DNA of 64,000 nt from Polyangiales bacterium. GTDB lineage: Bacteria > Myxococcota_A > Polyangia > Polyangiales > Ga0077539. The translations under genes were made by a program, and so were the position numbers. The stretch lies in the NCBI GenBank assembly GCA_044229975.1, contig JBGARZ010000008.1, positions 160,001-224,000 on the forward strand, read 5' to 3'. The first letter of the stretch is position 1, and each line of letters starts with the position of its first letter. Positions 1-8,866 of the stretch are shown here, piece after piece. The notes below the pieces were generated by a model that was not told where the DNA came from, did not search any database, and was given only the letters and a program-made list of their open reading frames with translations.

Positions 1-101
1 ACCACGGAGACGGCCACGCGGCGCTTCGGGCTGCGTTAACAGCGGGTCGTGTCGCGGTGCAGCAACGGCCGGGCGCTGTGATAGCGTCCGCGCCGCCGAC
101 G

Positions 102-1136
102 ATGACCGACCCCAAAGACCACGATTCCCATTCCGTCATCCGGGTGACTCCGCCGGGCAAGGTGGTGGCACTCACCGGGGCCAACGGCTTCCTGGGCAGC
201 AACCTCATCGGCCTCCTGGAGGACGACGACCGCGTGTCGCGAATCGTCGCGCTCGACGTCGAGCGACCCACCACGGCCGGCCGCAAGACCCGCTTCTACA
301 AGGTCGACCTCACGCAGCCGCGGGTCGACTCGCGGCTCGCGGAGATCTTCGCCAGCGAGCAGGTCGACACGCTCCTGCACATGGCCTTCCTGTCGTCGCC
401 GACGCACGCGAGCGCCTGGGCGCACGAGCTGGAGAGCGTGGGCACCGCGCACCTGCTCAACGCGTGTCGCGAGCGGCCGGTGCGAAAGTTCGTGCTGTGG
501 TCGCACACGATTCTCTACGGGGCGTCGCCGCGTAACCCCAACTTCCTCCCGGAGACGCACCCGCTGCGGGGCCGCGCGGAGAGCCGCTTCCTGCGCGACA
601 AGATCGAGGCCGAGCAGGTCGTCGCCAGCTTCGCCCGCACCTCGCCCGGAACCATCGTCACGGTGCTCCGCCTCGCCTCGCTGCTCGGCCCGACGGTGAA
701 CAACTACCTCACGCGCTACCTCGGTCGATCGCTCGTCCCGACGGTGATGGGCTTCGACCCGCTGATGCAGTTTCTCCACGAGGTCGACGCGCTGGCGGCC
801 TTCAAGCTCGCCGTGATGCGCGACATCCCCGGCGTCTACAACATCGTCGGCGATGGGGTGCTGCCGCTGTCCACGGTGATCCAGCTCGCGGGCCGCGTGA
901 GCCTCCCGATCCCCCACCCGGTGATCTACCCCATCGCGCGCGCGCTCTGGGCGGCGCAGCTCAGCGAGGCGCCCCCCACCTTCATCGACTACGCCCGCTG
1001 GCTCTGCGTGGCCGACGGCGACAAGGCGCTGCACGAGCTGAAGTTCAGGCCCGCGTTCACGACCCGCGAGGCCGTGCTCGACTACACCAACGCCCAGCGC
1101 ATGCGCGACGCCAAGCTGCTTCGCACGACCCCGTAG
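102..1136 (+). CDS. NAD-dependent epimerase/dehydratase (extended SDR) family protein
   Basis: N-terminal Rossmann motif VALTGANGFLG; extended-SDR layout; ATG at 102 chosen. Confidence 0.85.
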   Translation: MTDPKDHDSHSVIRVTPPGKVVALTGANGFLGSNLIGLLEDDDRVSRIVALDVERPTTAGRKTRFYKVDLTQPRVDSRLAEIFASEQVDTLLHMAFLSSPTHASAWAHELESVGTAHLLNACRERPVRKFVLWSHTILYGASPRNPNFLPETHPLRGRAESRFLRDKIEAEQVVASFARTSPGTIVTVLRLASLLGPTVNNYLTRYLGRSLVPTVMGFDPLMQFLHEVDALAAFKLAVMRDIPGVYNIVGDGVLPLSTVIQLAGRVSLPIPHPVIYPIARALWAAQLSEAPPTFIDYARWLCVADGDKALHELKFRPAFTTREAVLDYTNAQRMRDAKLLRTTP

Positions 1137-1147
1137 AGAGAACACCC

Positions 1148-2488
1148 ATGGCGCGCAAAGTCCTCGGCAACGACCCCTTCAGCGCGGAGACCCCGAAGGG
1201 CGCCCCCGCGAAGAAGCCCATCCCTCCGAAGAAGGCCGCTCCCGCGAAGGCGAAGGCCCCGGTCGCTCCGGCGAAGAAGGCCGCTCCACCCGCGAAGAAG
1301 ACCGTCGCGGCGAAGCAGGTCGTCGCACCGCCCGTGGTCGAAGAGTCCATCGCGACGCCCGTGGTCGAAGAGCCCGTCGCAGCACCCGCGGAGGTCGTCG
1401 AGGCGCCCATCGTCGCGGCGTCGGATCTCATCGAAGAGGCGCCCGCCGTCGAGGCACCTTCACCGTCGCTGGAGTCCGTCGTGGCCCAGCTCGACGCGCT
1501 GCTCGACCAGGCGATGGAGCCCACCGAGCACCGCCCGCTGCTCGACCGCCTCGCGTCGCGGCTGAAGTCGCTGGTGCAGCCCGAGCGCGCCCTCGCGGTG
1601 GAGTCTCCGCCCGCCGTCACCGACCGCGAGCCCTTCGACGCCGCGCGCGAGCTGCACGCCAGCGACTACTACCTCCGTCGCTGGGGTCAGACGGCCATCC
1701 GCGATCGGTCCGAGGAGGTCGACGACTTCGGCCTCGACCCCAACTACGCGCAGCGCTGGCAGCCCGTCTGGAACCTCCTCTACGAGCACTGGTGGCGCGT
1801 CGAGGTGGAGGGCGTCGAGAACGTCCCCGCGACGGGTCGCGTGGCGCTGGTGGCCAACCACTCGGGGGCGATTCCCTTCGACGGCATCATGCTGGCGACG
1901 GCGCTGCGCAGGGAGCACCCGTCGCAGCGCACGCTCCGCTGGCTGGCGGAGGATTTCATCTTCCACTTCCCCTTCGCGGGCGCGTACCTCAACCGCCTCG
2001 GAGCCGTGCGCGCGTGCCAGGAAAACGCCGAGCGGCTGCTGTTGAAGGACGCGTGTCTGGCGCTCTTCCCGGAGGGCGTGAAGGGCATCGCGAAGCCGTT
2101 TCGCGAGCGCTACCAGCTCCAGCGCTTCGGTCGCGGCGGGCACATCAAGCTCGCCATTCGCACGGGCACACCCATCGTCCCGGTGACCATCATCGGCGCG
2201 GAGGAGGCGCACCCGATGATGTTGCCGTCGGGGCGCATCGCGAAGATGCTCGGGCTGCCGTTCGTGCCGGTGACGCCGACGTTTCCGCTGCTCGGTCCGC
2301 TCGGCCTCGCGGGGCTGCCGGCGCGGTGGAAGATCTCCTTCGGCGAGCCCATCCCGATGGACGGCTACCGCCCCGAGCAGAGCGAAGACATCGTGCTGGT
2401 CAACCGCCTCAACGAGAAGCTGCGGGAGACCATCCAGGGGTCGCTCGACCGGCTGCTGCGGGCGCGGCAGTCGGTGTTCAAGGGGTAG
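1148..2488 (+). CDS. Lysophospholipid/glycerol acyltransferase (PlsC-like) with Lys/Pro/Ala-rich N-terminal extension
   Basis: NHSGAIPFD (NHxxxxD-type) and FPEG motifs; follows the SDR gene closely. Confidence 0.85.
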   Translation: MARKVLGNDPFSAETPKGAPAKKPIPPKKAAPAKAKAPVAPAKKAAPPAKKTVAAKQVVAPPVVEESIATPVVEEPVAAPAEVVEAPIVAASDLIEEAPAVEAPSPSLESVVAQLDALLDQAMEPTEHRPLLDRLASRLKSLVQPERALAVESPPAVTDREPFDAARELHASDYYLRRWGQTAIRDRSEEVDDFGLDPNYAQRWQPVWNLLYEHWWRVEVEGVENVPATGRVALVANHSGAIPFDGIMLATALRREHPSQRTLRWLAEDFIFHFPFAGAYLNRLGAVRACQENAERLLLKDACLALFPEGVKGIAKPFRERYQLQRFGRGGHIKLAIRTGTPIVPVTIIGAEEAHPMMLPSGRIAKMLGLPFVPVTPTFPLLGPLGLAGLPARWKISFGEPIPMDGYRPEQSEDIVLVNRLNEKLRETIQGSLDRLLRARQSVFKG

Positions 2489-2566
2489 AGGGCTCTCCGC
2501 GCACTCTTGATGGGTGCGGCCGAGAGAGCGAGCACACCAGAGCCAGGACGGTCATGCCGGTGACCG

Positions 2567-4168
2567 TCAGCGCTTGAACCGCCGACGCACCCCGCCCACC
2601 AGGCGCTTCGCCTCCGGCTCGCCCAGCGCGAACCCGATCGCCAGGTACGCCGCGCCGAAGACCGCGAGCGTCGGCGGCGCCACCAGCAGCGGACGATCCC
2701 CCACCAGCGCGCGCAGCGGAACGTGCGCCGCCCACCCGAGCGCCGCCGCGGCGAACGCGCCCGCCCAGAGCCGCGTGACGACGGCGAACGCGAGCCCGTT
2801 TGGACCGACGACGCGGGTGAGCGACGCGCGCAGCAGGGCGTACTCGACCCACCCGGCGAGGCCCGCGGAGGCGGTGAGCCCGACGGTGCCCCACGAGGCG
2901 CCGAGCCCGAGCGCGCGCACCAGCGGAAACGCGAACACGTACCCGAGCCCCGCCGTCAGCGCGAGCCGCAGCAGCGCGACGCGCATCGGCGTGCGGGTGT
3001 CGCGGAGCGCGTAGAACGCCGACGAGTACAGCCGCGCCATGGTCTGCCCGAGGAGCCCGACGGCCGACCCCGCGAGCGTCGCCCAGACCCACACGGTGTC
3101 CGCGCGGTGAAACACGCCGCGCTGGAAGAGCAGGCCCGCGATGTGCTCGCCGAGCGCGACGAAGGCCACCGCCGACGGCACCACGAAGAACGCCAACCGA
3201 CGCAACCCCGCGTCGAGGCGCGCGGCGACGGCGCGGTGCACCTCCTCGGGCGTGCCGGTGGCGGAGGCCATCTCGGGGAGCTCGGCGGCGGAGATCGCGA
3301 CGCCGAAGAGGCTCACCGGCAGGAGGCTGATGGTCTGCGCGTAGCCGAGCGTGGCGACGGCGCCGAGGGGCAGCAGGCTCGCGAGGATCTGGTCGATGTA
3401 CGCGCTGAGCTGCGCGACGCCGCGCGCGAGGAGCGCCGGTCCGAAGCGGGTGACCACCGCGCGCACCTCGGGAGACGCGAGGCCGAGGGTGGGCCGCGCG
3501 CCGCCGACGAGGCGCAGCGCCGCGGGGAGCTGGAGGGCGAGCTGGAGGACGGCGCCCGCGACGGTTCCGTAGGCGGCGGCGCGGGCGAGGGCGAAGGGCC
3601 CGGCGGCGCGGCCGGTGAGGAAGAGCGCGACGACGACCGCGGCGCTGGAGACGACGGGCACGACGTAGGGGAGAAAGAAGCGGCGGTGGCTGTTGAGGAC
3701 GCCGAGGCACCACGCGGACAGGACGAGCACGCCGACGCCGGGGAAGAAGATGCGGACGAGCGCGAGGGTCTCGACGCGGCGCGCGCCCTGGAAGCCCGGC
3801 GCGACGAGCCCGACGAACGAAGGCGCGAGGAGCATCCCGAGCGCCACGAGGGCGGCGGTGACGAGCGCGAGGATCGTCGCGACGGCGGAGGCCACCACCA
3901 CGGCGTCGCGGTCGCGCCCCGCCGCGCGGAGCTTCGCGTACGCGGGGATGAACGACGCGCTGAGCGCGCCTTCGCCGAGGAGGTTCTGGAGGACGTTGGG
4001 GATGCGAAACGCGGCGGTGAAGACGTCGGCCCCGACGCTGCTCCCAAGGAAGGCAGCGAACACCGACTGCCGCACGAGGCCCGCGAGGCGGCTCGCGAGG
4101 ATGCCGGCCTGCACCATGAGCGCGCCGCGCGAGCTGGAGCGAGCGGGTGCGTCGGAAGCGTCGGGCAT
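2567..4168 (-). CDS. murJ: Lipid II flippase MurJ (MviN)
   Basis: SRLAGLVR, AFRIPNVLQNLLGEGALSASFIP, FYALRDTRTP motifs; multi-TM protein. Confidence 0.93.
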   Translation of the reverse strand: MPDASDAPARSSSRGALMVQAGILASRLAGLVRQSVFAAFLGSSVGADVFTAAFRIPNVLQNLLGEGALSASFIPAYAKLRAAGRDRDAVVVASAVATILALVTAALVALGMLLAPSFVGLVAPGFQGARRVETLALVRIFFPGVGVLVLSAWCLGVLNSHRRFFLPYVVPVVSSAAVVVALFLTGRAAGPFALARAAAYGTVAGAVLQLALQLPAALRLVGGARPTLGLASPEVRAVVTRFGPALLARGVAQLSAYIDQILASLLPLGAVATLGYAQTISLLPVSLFGVAISAAELPEMASATGTPEEVHRAVAARLDAGLRRLAFFVVPSAVAFVALGEHIAGLLFQRGVFHRADTVWVWATLAGSAVGLLGQTMARLYSSAFYALRDTRTPMRVALLRLALTAGLGYVFAFPLVRALGLGASWGTVGLTASAGLAGWVEYALLRASLTRVVGPNGLAFAVVTRLWAGAFAAAALGWAAHVPLRALVGDRPLLVAPPTLAVFGAAYLAIGFALGEPEAKRLVGGVRRRFKR

Positions 4169-4394
4169 CGGAGAGACCGTGACCTAGCGGAGAACGCCCG
4201 AGGCGACCAATTTGCCGAACGGTCAGCAGGCGAGCAGCTCGCCGAGGCCCGGCACCGGTCAGGCCCGCAGTCACCGGGGGCCACGCCGCAGCGTCAGCAA
4301 GGCGCGCAACGGTCAGGCTCGCAGCCACCGGGCCTCCCGACCGCGAGCGCGCGGCTTTGCGCCAGACCGTCGTCCCGGCCTACACCGGAGCGCG

Positions 4395-4940
4395 ATGGAT
4401 GCCCCCGACGCCCTCGCCTGCAACTTCGTCGACCCCCAGCTCTCGTCGCGGCTCGGCGACGCCCCGCTGCTCGACGCGGCGGCCCTCGACCGCGCCGTCG
4501 CAGTGCCGTGGACCGAGGGACTCCACGCCGCCATCGAGCGCTGGTCCGCGTTCGCCCGCGTCGGCGCGCCTGCGTACGACTTCTACCGTGACACCCTCCC
4601 GAAGGTCCGCGCGTGGGCGCTCGAACAGCACCCGCAGCCGCCGTTGACGCTCCTGCGGCGGGGCGAGCCGTGGAGCCTCGCGCTCTCACCGCGGCACGCG
4701 CGGCACCTCCTCGCCTGCGCCTTCTTCCTCGGCACCCTCGACACGAACACGGCGGGCGGTCTCTCGCTCGCGGGGCTCTACGAATTGGAGGAGTCCTCCG
4801 CGGTCGAGCGCATCGTCTGCCTGCTCGCCTACCTCCACACCGCCGACGCGGCCGACGATGTGCCGAGCCGATCGTTCCAGGGGAAGCCCTGCGCCTCGGC
4901 GAGCTCGCGGGAGACGCCCGTGTGGATCGCGTCGATGTAG
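4395..4940 (+). pseudogene. Truncated canonical (eukaryote-type) poly(ADP-ribose) glycohydrolase-like gene, helical accessory region only
   Basis: FYRDTLPKVRAWAL, PLTLLR, LLACAFF, ERIVCLLAYL follow the order and spacing of the PARG helical subdomain; no GGG-x-QEE catalytic motif; the tail after about 4860 is antisense of the neighbouring fragment. Confidence 0.65.
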
Positions 4941-5068
4941 ACCTCACCGTGCGCGCGCAGCAGCACGCGCGGGTCGAGCGCTGGAGGGTCGACGATCCAC
5001 GCGGCCTTCTCGACGGTCTCGAACTCGCTGCCCGGGACGAGGTACTCGGGGCTGAAGAAGACCTTCAT
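4829..5068 (-). pseudogene. Truncated histone deacetylase-like (HDAC/AcuC superfamily) gene, N-terminal ~70 aa
   Basis: MKVFFSPEY, LLRAHGEVYIDAIHTG, ELAEAQGFPW resemble bacterial HDAC-like N-termini; starts 11 bp after the stop of the nucleotidyltransferase; no HH or D-x-H catalytic motifs. Confidence 0.6.
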
Positions 5069-5079
5069 GGCCGCGCGAT

Positions 5080-6156
5080 TCAGCCGCGCAGCGCAGCGTC
5101 GACCAGCGAGACGCAGAGCGCGTCGAGCGCCTTCCGGTCGGGCGCGTGCGGCAGCGGTGATGCCTTCGCGAGCGCGTCGAGCGCGGCGTCTTCGGCCGCA
5201 ACGAACTCCCGCAGGCGGTCGAAGCTCCACGCGCCCTCGCGGATGGAGAGCAGCTCGTCGCGGTCGGGCCGCCCCACCCGCACCTCGCCCGTGGTGAGAA
5301 TCTCGCGGCACATCCGCAGGAGCCGAACGATGTGCGCGCCGAACTTGGTGTCGTAGCCGAAGCGAGACTCCAGCTCGGCGCGACGCGGGTTGCGCGCCTT
5401 CTTCCACGCCGCGTACTGCTCCCAGTCGCGCTGCCTCGCGCGGAGTTCGCGCTCGCGCAGCATCAGCCCCGCGAGGTCGTCGCCGAGGCCGAGGTGCCGG
5501 GCCGCCGCGCGCCAGGCTGGATCGTCCGCCGCGACCCGCTCGCCCAACGCGGAGGTGATGCGTTCGCGAAGGTCGTCCTGCGCGTCGCGCGGGAGCGGCG
5601 ACAGGTCGACGTCCCAGGTCTTGAGCAGGCGCTCCATCTCGGCGTGCACCGCCGCGAGCCGCGTCTGCTCCTGCTCGGTGAGGGCGTCGAGGCCGAAGTC
5701 CTCGCGCCGCGGCGGACTCACGGGCGGCGCGCTCGCCCACGCGTGGTGGCGCTCCAGGCGCTTGAGCTGCGCCATCGCGAAGCCCGAGAAGGTGTGCCGC
5801 GCCTTGCGCGAGAGGAAGAGGTCGCGCGCCGCGAGAAGCCTCTCACCAACGGGCGTGACGCCAAGGTGATCGGCGGGGTCGGTGAACAGCACCTCGATGA
5901 TGCTCGGGTTGCAGTCCGCCGCGAGCGTCATGAACTTCCGCAGCTCGTAGACGACGAGGTCGGGGTCGCTGCACTCGGCCTGCTCGAAGCGGCTCGCGAA
6001 GCCCAGGTAGTACTCGCGCGGCGCGATCGCGACGCCCTTCACGTCAAGGTCGCTGGCCGGCGTCGCGAGCCCATAGGCGTGCGAGCCGTGACGGGTGAGG
6101 AAGATGGTTCGCTCGGGCAGCCACGTCAGGTTGCCCCTGTACCCCGGTATCTCCAT
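5080..6156 (-). CDS. DNA polymerase beta-superfamily nucleotidyltransferase, RlaP/YcgL-like
   Basis: HGSHAYGLATPASDLDVKGV (GS..DxD), NPSIIEVLF, GYDTKFGAHIVRLL, LLSIREG motifs. Confidence 0.85.
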   Translation of the reverse strand: MEIPGYRGNLTWLPERTIFLTRHGSHAYGLATPASDLDVKGVAIAPREYYLGFASRFEQAECSDPDLVVYELRKFMTLAADCNPSIIEVLFTDPADHLGVTPVGERLLAARDLFLSRKARHTFSGFAMAQLKRLERHHAWASAPPVSPPRREDFGLDALTEQEQTRLAAVHAEMERLLKTWDVDLSPLPRDAQDDLRERITSALGERVAADDPAWRAAARHLGLGDDLAGLMLRERELRARQRDWEQYAAWKKARNPRRAELESRFGYDTKFGAHIVRLLRMCREILTTGEVRVGRPDRDELLSIREGAWSFDRLREFVAAEDAALDALAKASPLPHAPDRKALDALCVSLVDAALRG

Positions 6157-6254
6157 GGTGCGCAGTCTGATCGCGAGACGCGCAGGCCGCTACCCCTCTT
6201 CGGCGCGGGTGAGGTCCACCGTGCGCCCGATGTACCACCTCGCTCATCCGCGTA

Positions 6255-6289
6255 GTGTCCCAGGTTGAGTCGCGGTGTCCCAGGTTGAG
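6255..6289. repeat. 15-bp direct repeat GTGTCCCAGGTTGAG x2, 20-bp period
   Basis: Identical copies at 6255-6269 and 6275-6289. Confidence 0.9.
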
Positions 6290-6293
6290 AACC

Positions 6294-6539
6294 CGCCGCG
6301 TCCACGCCGGAGTTCACCGTGCCGCCCCCGCGCCCGTCATGCTCGGTTCACTCCGGGCTACCACACGCGGATCGCCCCGCCGAAGCGGGGCTCAGGAGGC
6401 CCACCTGAAGGCACTCGATCGTCCCTGGGTGGACGCACGGAGCCCCGCTTCGGCGGGGCGATCCGCGTGTGGTAGCCCGGAGTGAACCGAGCATGACGGG
6501 CGCGGGGGCGGCACGGTGAACTCCGGCGTGGACGCGGCG
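6294..6539. repeat. Perfect 100-bp inverted repeat with 46-bp spacer (REPIN/MITE-like)
   Basis: 6294-6393 is the exact reverse complement of 6440-6539; each arm holds an internal hairpin GCCCCGC-CGAA-GCGGGGC. Confidence 0.95.
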
Positions 6540-6645
6540 AGCTGTCCTACGTTGGAAGCGGAGGAGAAATCGGTGTCCTCAGCAGGACACCACCGCTCGT
6601 CCCGCCGGGTTGCGTGCGATCGCCGATCGCGCTCACCCTCGCGCC

Positions 6646-7137
6646 ATGATCGACACGACACTGTTCGACACCTCGGGTCGCGTCACCGACGCCATCGACA
6701 AGACCGTCGAGGTCACGGCGACGCCGCGCGCCGTCTTCGACGCGTGGACCTCATCGGAGGGACTACGTGCCTGGCTGGGCATCGACTCGCGCATCGACCT
6801 GCGCATCGGCGGCTCCTACGAGTGGATCTTCCTGGAGGACGCCGCCCCAGGAGGTCAGGGCTCCGAAGGGTGTCAGGTCCTGGCGTACGTCCCCGACGAG
6901 ATGCTCGCCTTCTCGTGGAACGCCCCGCCCGACATCCCCTTCGCCCGCACGCGCCGCGCGTGGTGCGTGCTCACGCTGACCCCCACCGCGACGGGGACGC
7001 GCGTGCGATTGCAGCACCTGGGCTTCGGCAGCGACGGTGACTGGCCCGCCGTGCGCCCGTACTTCGACCGCGCCTGGGGCCGGGTGCTCGATCGCCTCGC
7101 CGCGCACTTCGGCGCGACCTCCGACCACTCCACCTGA
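6646..7137 (+). CDS. SRPBCC (AHSA1-like) domain protein
   Basis: VFDAWTS..GLRAW, IDLRIGGSYE, LAFSWNAPP, FDRAWGRVL. Confidence 0.85.
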   Translation: MIDTTLFDTSGRVTDAIDKTVEVTATPRAVFDAWTSSEGLRAWLGIDSRIDLRIGGSYEWIFLEDAAPGGQGSEGCQVLAYVPDEMLAFSWNAPPDIPFARTRRAWCVLTLTPTATGTRVRLQHLGFGSDGDWPAVRPYFDRAWGRVLDRLAAHFGATSDHST

Positions 7138-7200
7138 AGGCGCAAGCAGAAGACCAGATCACCCGCCCACGACGTCGGGTCCATCCGTTGGACCGAATGG

Positions 7201-7905
7201 TCAGCGCCGCATCATCGGGCGGCCCATGCGCGTGTGCGCTTGCGGCGGCGGCGCCGAGGGCGGCTCCGGCGCGGCCATGTCGCCCATCATCGGCTCGCCC
7301 TGCATCACCTGCGGCTCCACGGGCGGCGCGTTGACCACCGTCGGCATCGCCACCGCCCCGCCCTGCACCATGTTCACCGACGGCGGCACGGGCTGCGGCG
7401 CGCCCATCCGCGAGAACATCATCGCCGCTGCCCCCGCGGCCAGCGCCGTGACCGCGCCCGCTGCGGCCACGAGCTGCACGCGCTTGCGGCGCACGCCCAC
7501 CGAGCAGTCCGCCGTCAGGATCGTCCCGTCCGCGCGGCGGTAGTAGCGCACGCAGAGCTTGCCCTCCTTCTCGCGCACCAGCGCCTCGGCGGCCTCGCGG
7601 GTCATCGCCGAGAGGTTGTAGACGTTCTTGTTGCAGCTCGCGCAGTGGCGTGACTGCTCGTCGCCCGTCATCGCGTCCCAGCGCTCGTGGCAGGGCGACG
7701 CCACCCGGATGTTGTCGAGCATCGGCAGGTGCCGTGGCGCCCTCGCGTGCAGCTCCCTCCGCAGCGTGTCGAGCTCGGTCACCAGGCGAGGCTCCTCCCG
7801 GGTGGTCTCCACCAGGCGGGCGCGCTCGCGCCGTACGCCGCTGAGCTCCCCTTCGAGCTGCCGAACCTGTGCCTCAAGCGCCTCGACGTCGTTGCGGTAG
7901 CTCAT
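7201..7905 (-). CDS. Hypothetical membrane protein: coiled coil + Cys/His domain (ASPCHERWDAM..RHCASC) + TM helix
   Basis: Coding-like composition; recognisable Cys-rich motif. Confidence 0.7.
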   Translation of the reverse strand: MSYRNDVEALEAQVRQLEGELSGVRRERARLVETTREEPRLVTELDTLRRELHARAPRHLPMLDNIRVASPCHERWDAMTGDEQSRHCASCNKNVYNLSAMTREAAEALVREKEGKLCVRYYRRADGTILTADCSVGVRRKRVQLVAAAGAVTALAAGAAAMMFSRMGAPQPVPPSVNMVQGGAVAMPTVVNAPPVEPQVMQGEPMMGDMAAPEPPSAPPPQAHTRMGRPMMRR

Positions 7906-7960
7906 GGTTCGGGTCGGACGTCCCAACCCGCGAAGGGTTTTGCACCCGGCTGAGATTTCT

Positions 7961-8857
7961 TCAGCCCAACCCCGCCGCCGCCCGCGCCCAGTCCGCCGCC
8001 CGCGCGCCGTCCACCGCCGCGCCCTCCGTCGGCCACTCCGTTCCCGCGGCCAGCGCCGCGGCCAGCGCCTCAAGCCACGGCGTCGCCACCAGCGCGTCGC
8101 CGCCCAGCCAGAGTCCGCCGCCCGCTACGCGCCCCGCCTCCACGCGCCCGATCGGCACTTCGACGCCGACCACTTCCCGCGGCCCCTCCGTCGCCACCCA
8201 CGCCTCTCCCGCGGGCTCGTCCGCCATCTCTACCGCGCCCGCGCGCTCGGCCACCGCCGCCATCAGCGCGCCCAGCACCACCGTCGCGTCGCGCCCCTCG
8301 CCCACCGCCACGGGCGTCTTCCCCCGCCAGCGATCGATGCCCCGCTCGGCCTCCGTCGCCATCTCCGCTGGCAACCCGATCGCTTCGTCCCAGCCGACGA
8401 TCATCTCCATCAACAGCGCGCCCGATGGCGACAGCTCGTAGCCCAGCATCGCCGCGGGCCGATGTTTCACCGCCACCCATTCGCGCCCGAAGTACGCCGC
8501 TGCGATGCCCGATCGGGTCATCCCCCGCAGCCACGGCCGCACGTTGCGGTTGAGCAGCGTCCCGAGCGTCGTGTCGGCATACAGCGCGTCGATGGTCGGC
8601 AGCGCCACCGCACACCACAGCGCGCGCCCCCCCATCCACGCCGCCGTCCCGGTCGTTCGCCTCCGAACCACCTGGGCCGACGACGTCACCGCCTCGCGTC
8701 GCTGCCTCGCGCCGAGCACCACCACGGGCCCCTCGACCACCGACCCCGCGGACCACGCCTCACCCGCGTCCGCTCGTTGGAGCATCGCGTGCGAGAGGGC
8801 TGCTGCGTCAGTGGGAGTTCGTGCGGCGAGGGGCGCTTGTCGGAGCGGGCGCTCCAC
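7961..8857 (-). CDS. Divergent lipoate-protein ligase A-like protein
   Basis: VVVLGARQ and VVRRRTTGTA resemble the LplA N-terminal motifs. Confidence 0.5.
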   Translation of the reverse strand: MERPLRQAPLAARTPTDAAALSHAMLQRADAGEAWSAGSVVEGPVVVLGARQRREAVTSSAQVVRRRTTGTAAWMGGRALWCAVALPTIDALYADTTLGTLLNRNVRPWLRGMTRSGIAAAYFGREWVAVKHRPAAMLGYELSPSGALLMEMIVGWDEAIGLPAEMATEAERGIDRWRGKTPVAVGEGRDATVVLGALMAAVAERAGAVEMADEPAGEAWVATEGPREVVGVEVPIGRVEAGRVAGGGLWLGGDALVATPWLEALAAALAAGTEWPTEGAAVDGARAADWARAAAGLG

Positions 8858-8866
8858 GGCGACGGC

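Noticed and set aside
6400..7141. 12-bp match CCACCTGAAGGC between the inverted-repeat spacer and the SRPBCC gene end
   Set aside because: Too short to separate from chance; same-strand match with no mechanism evident
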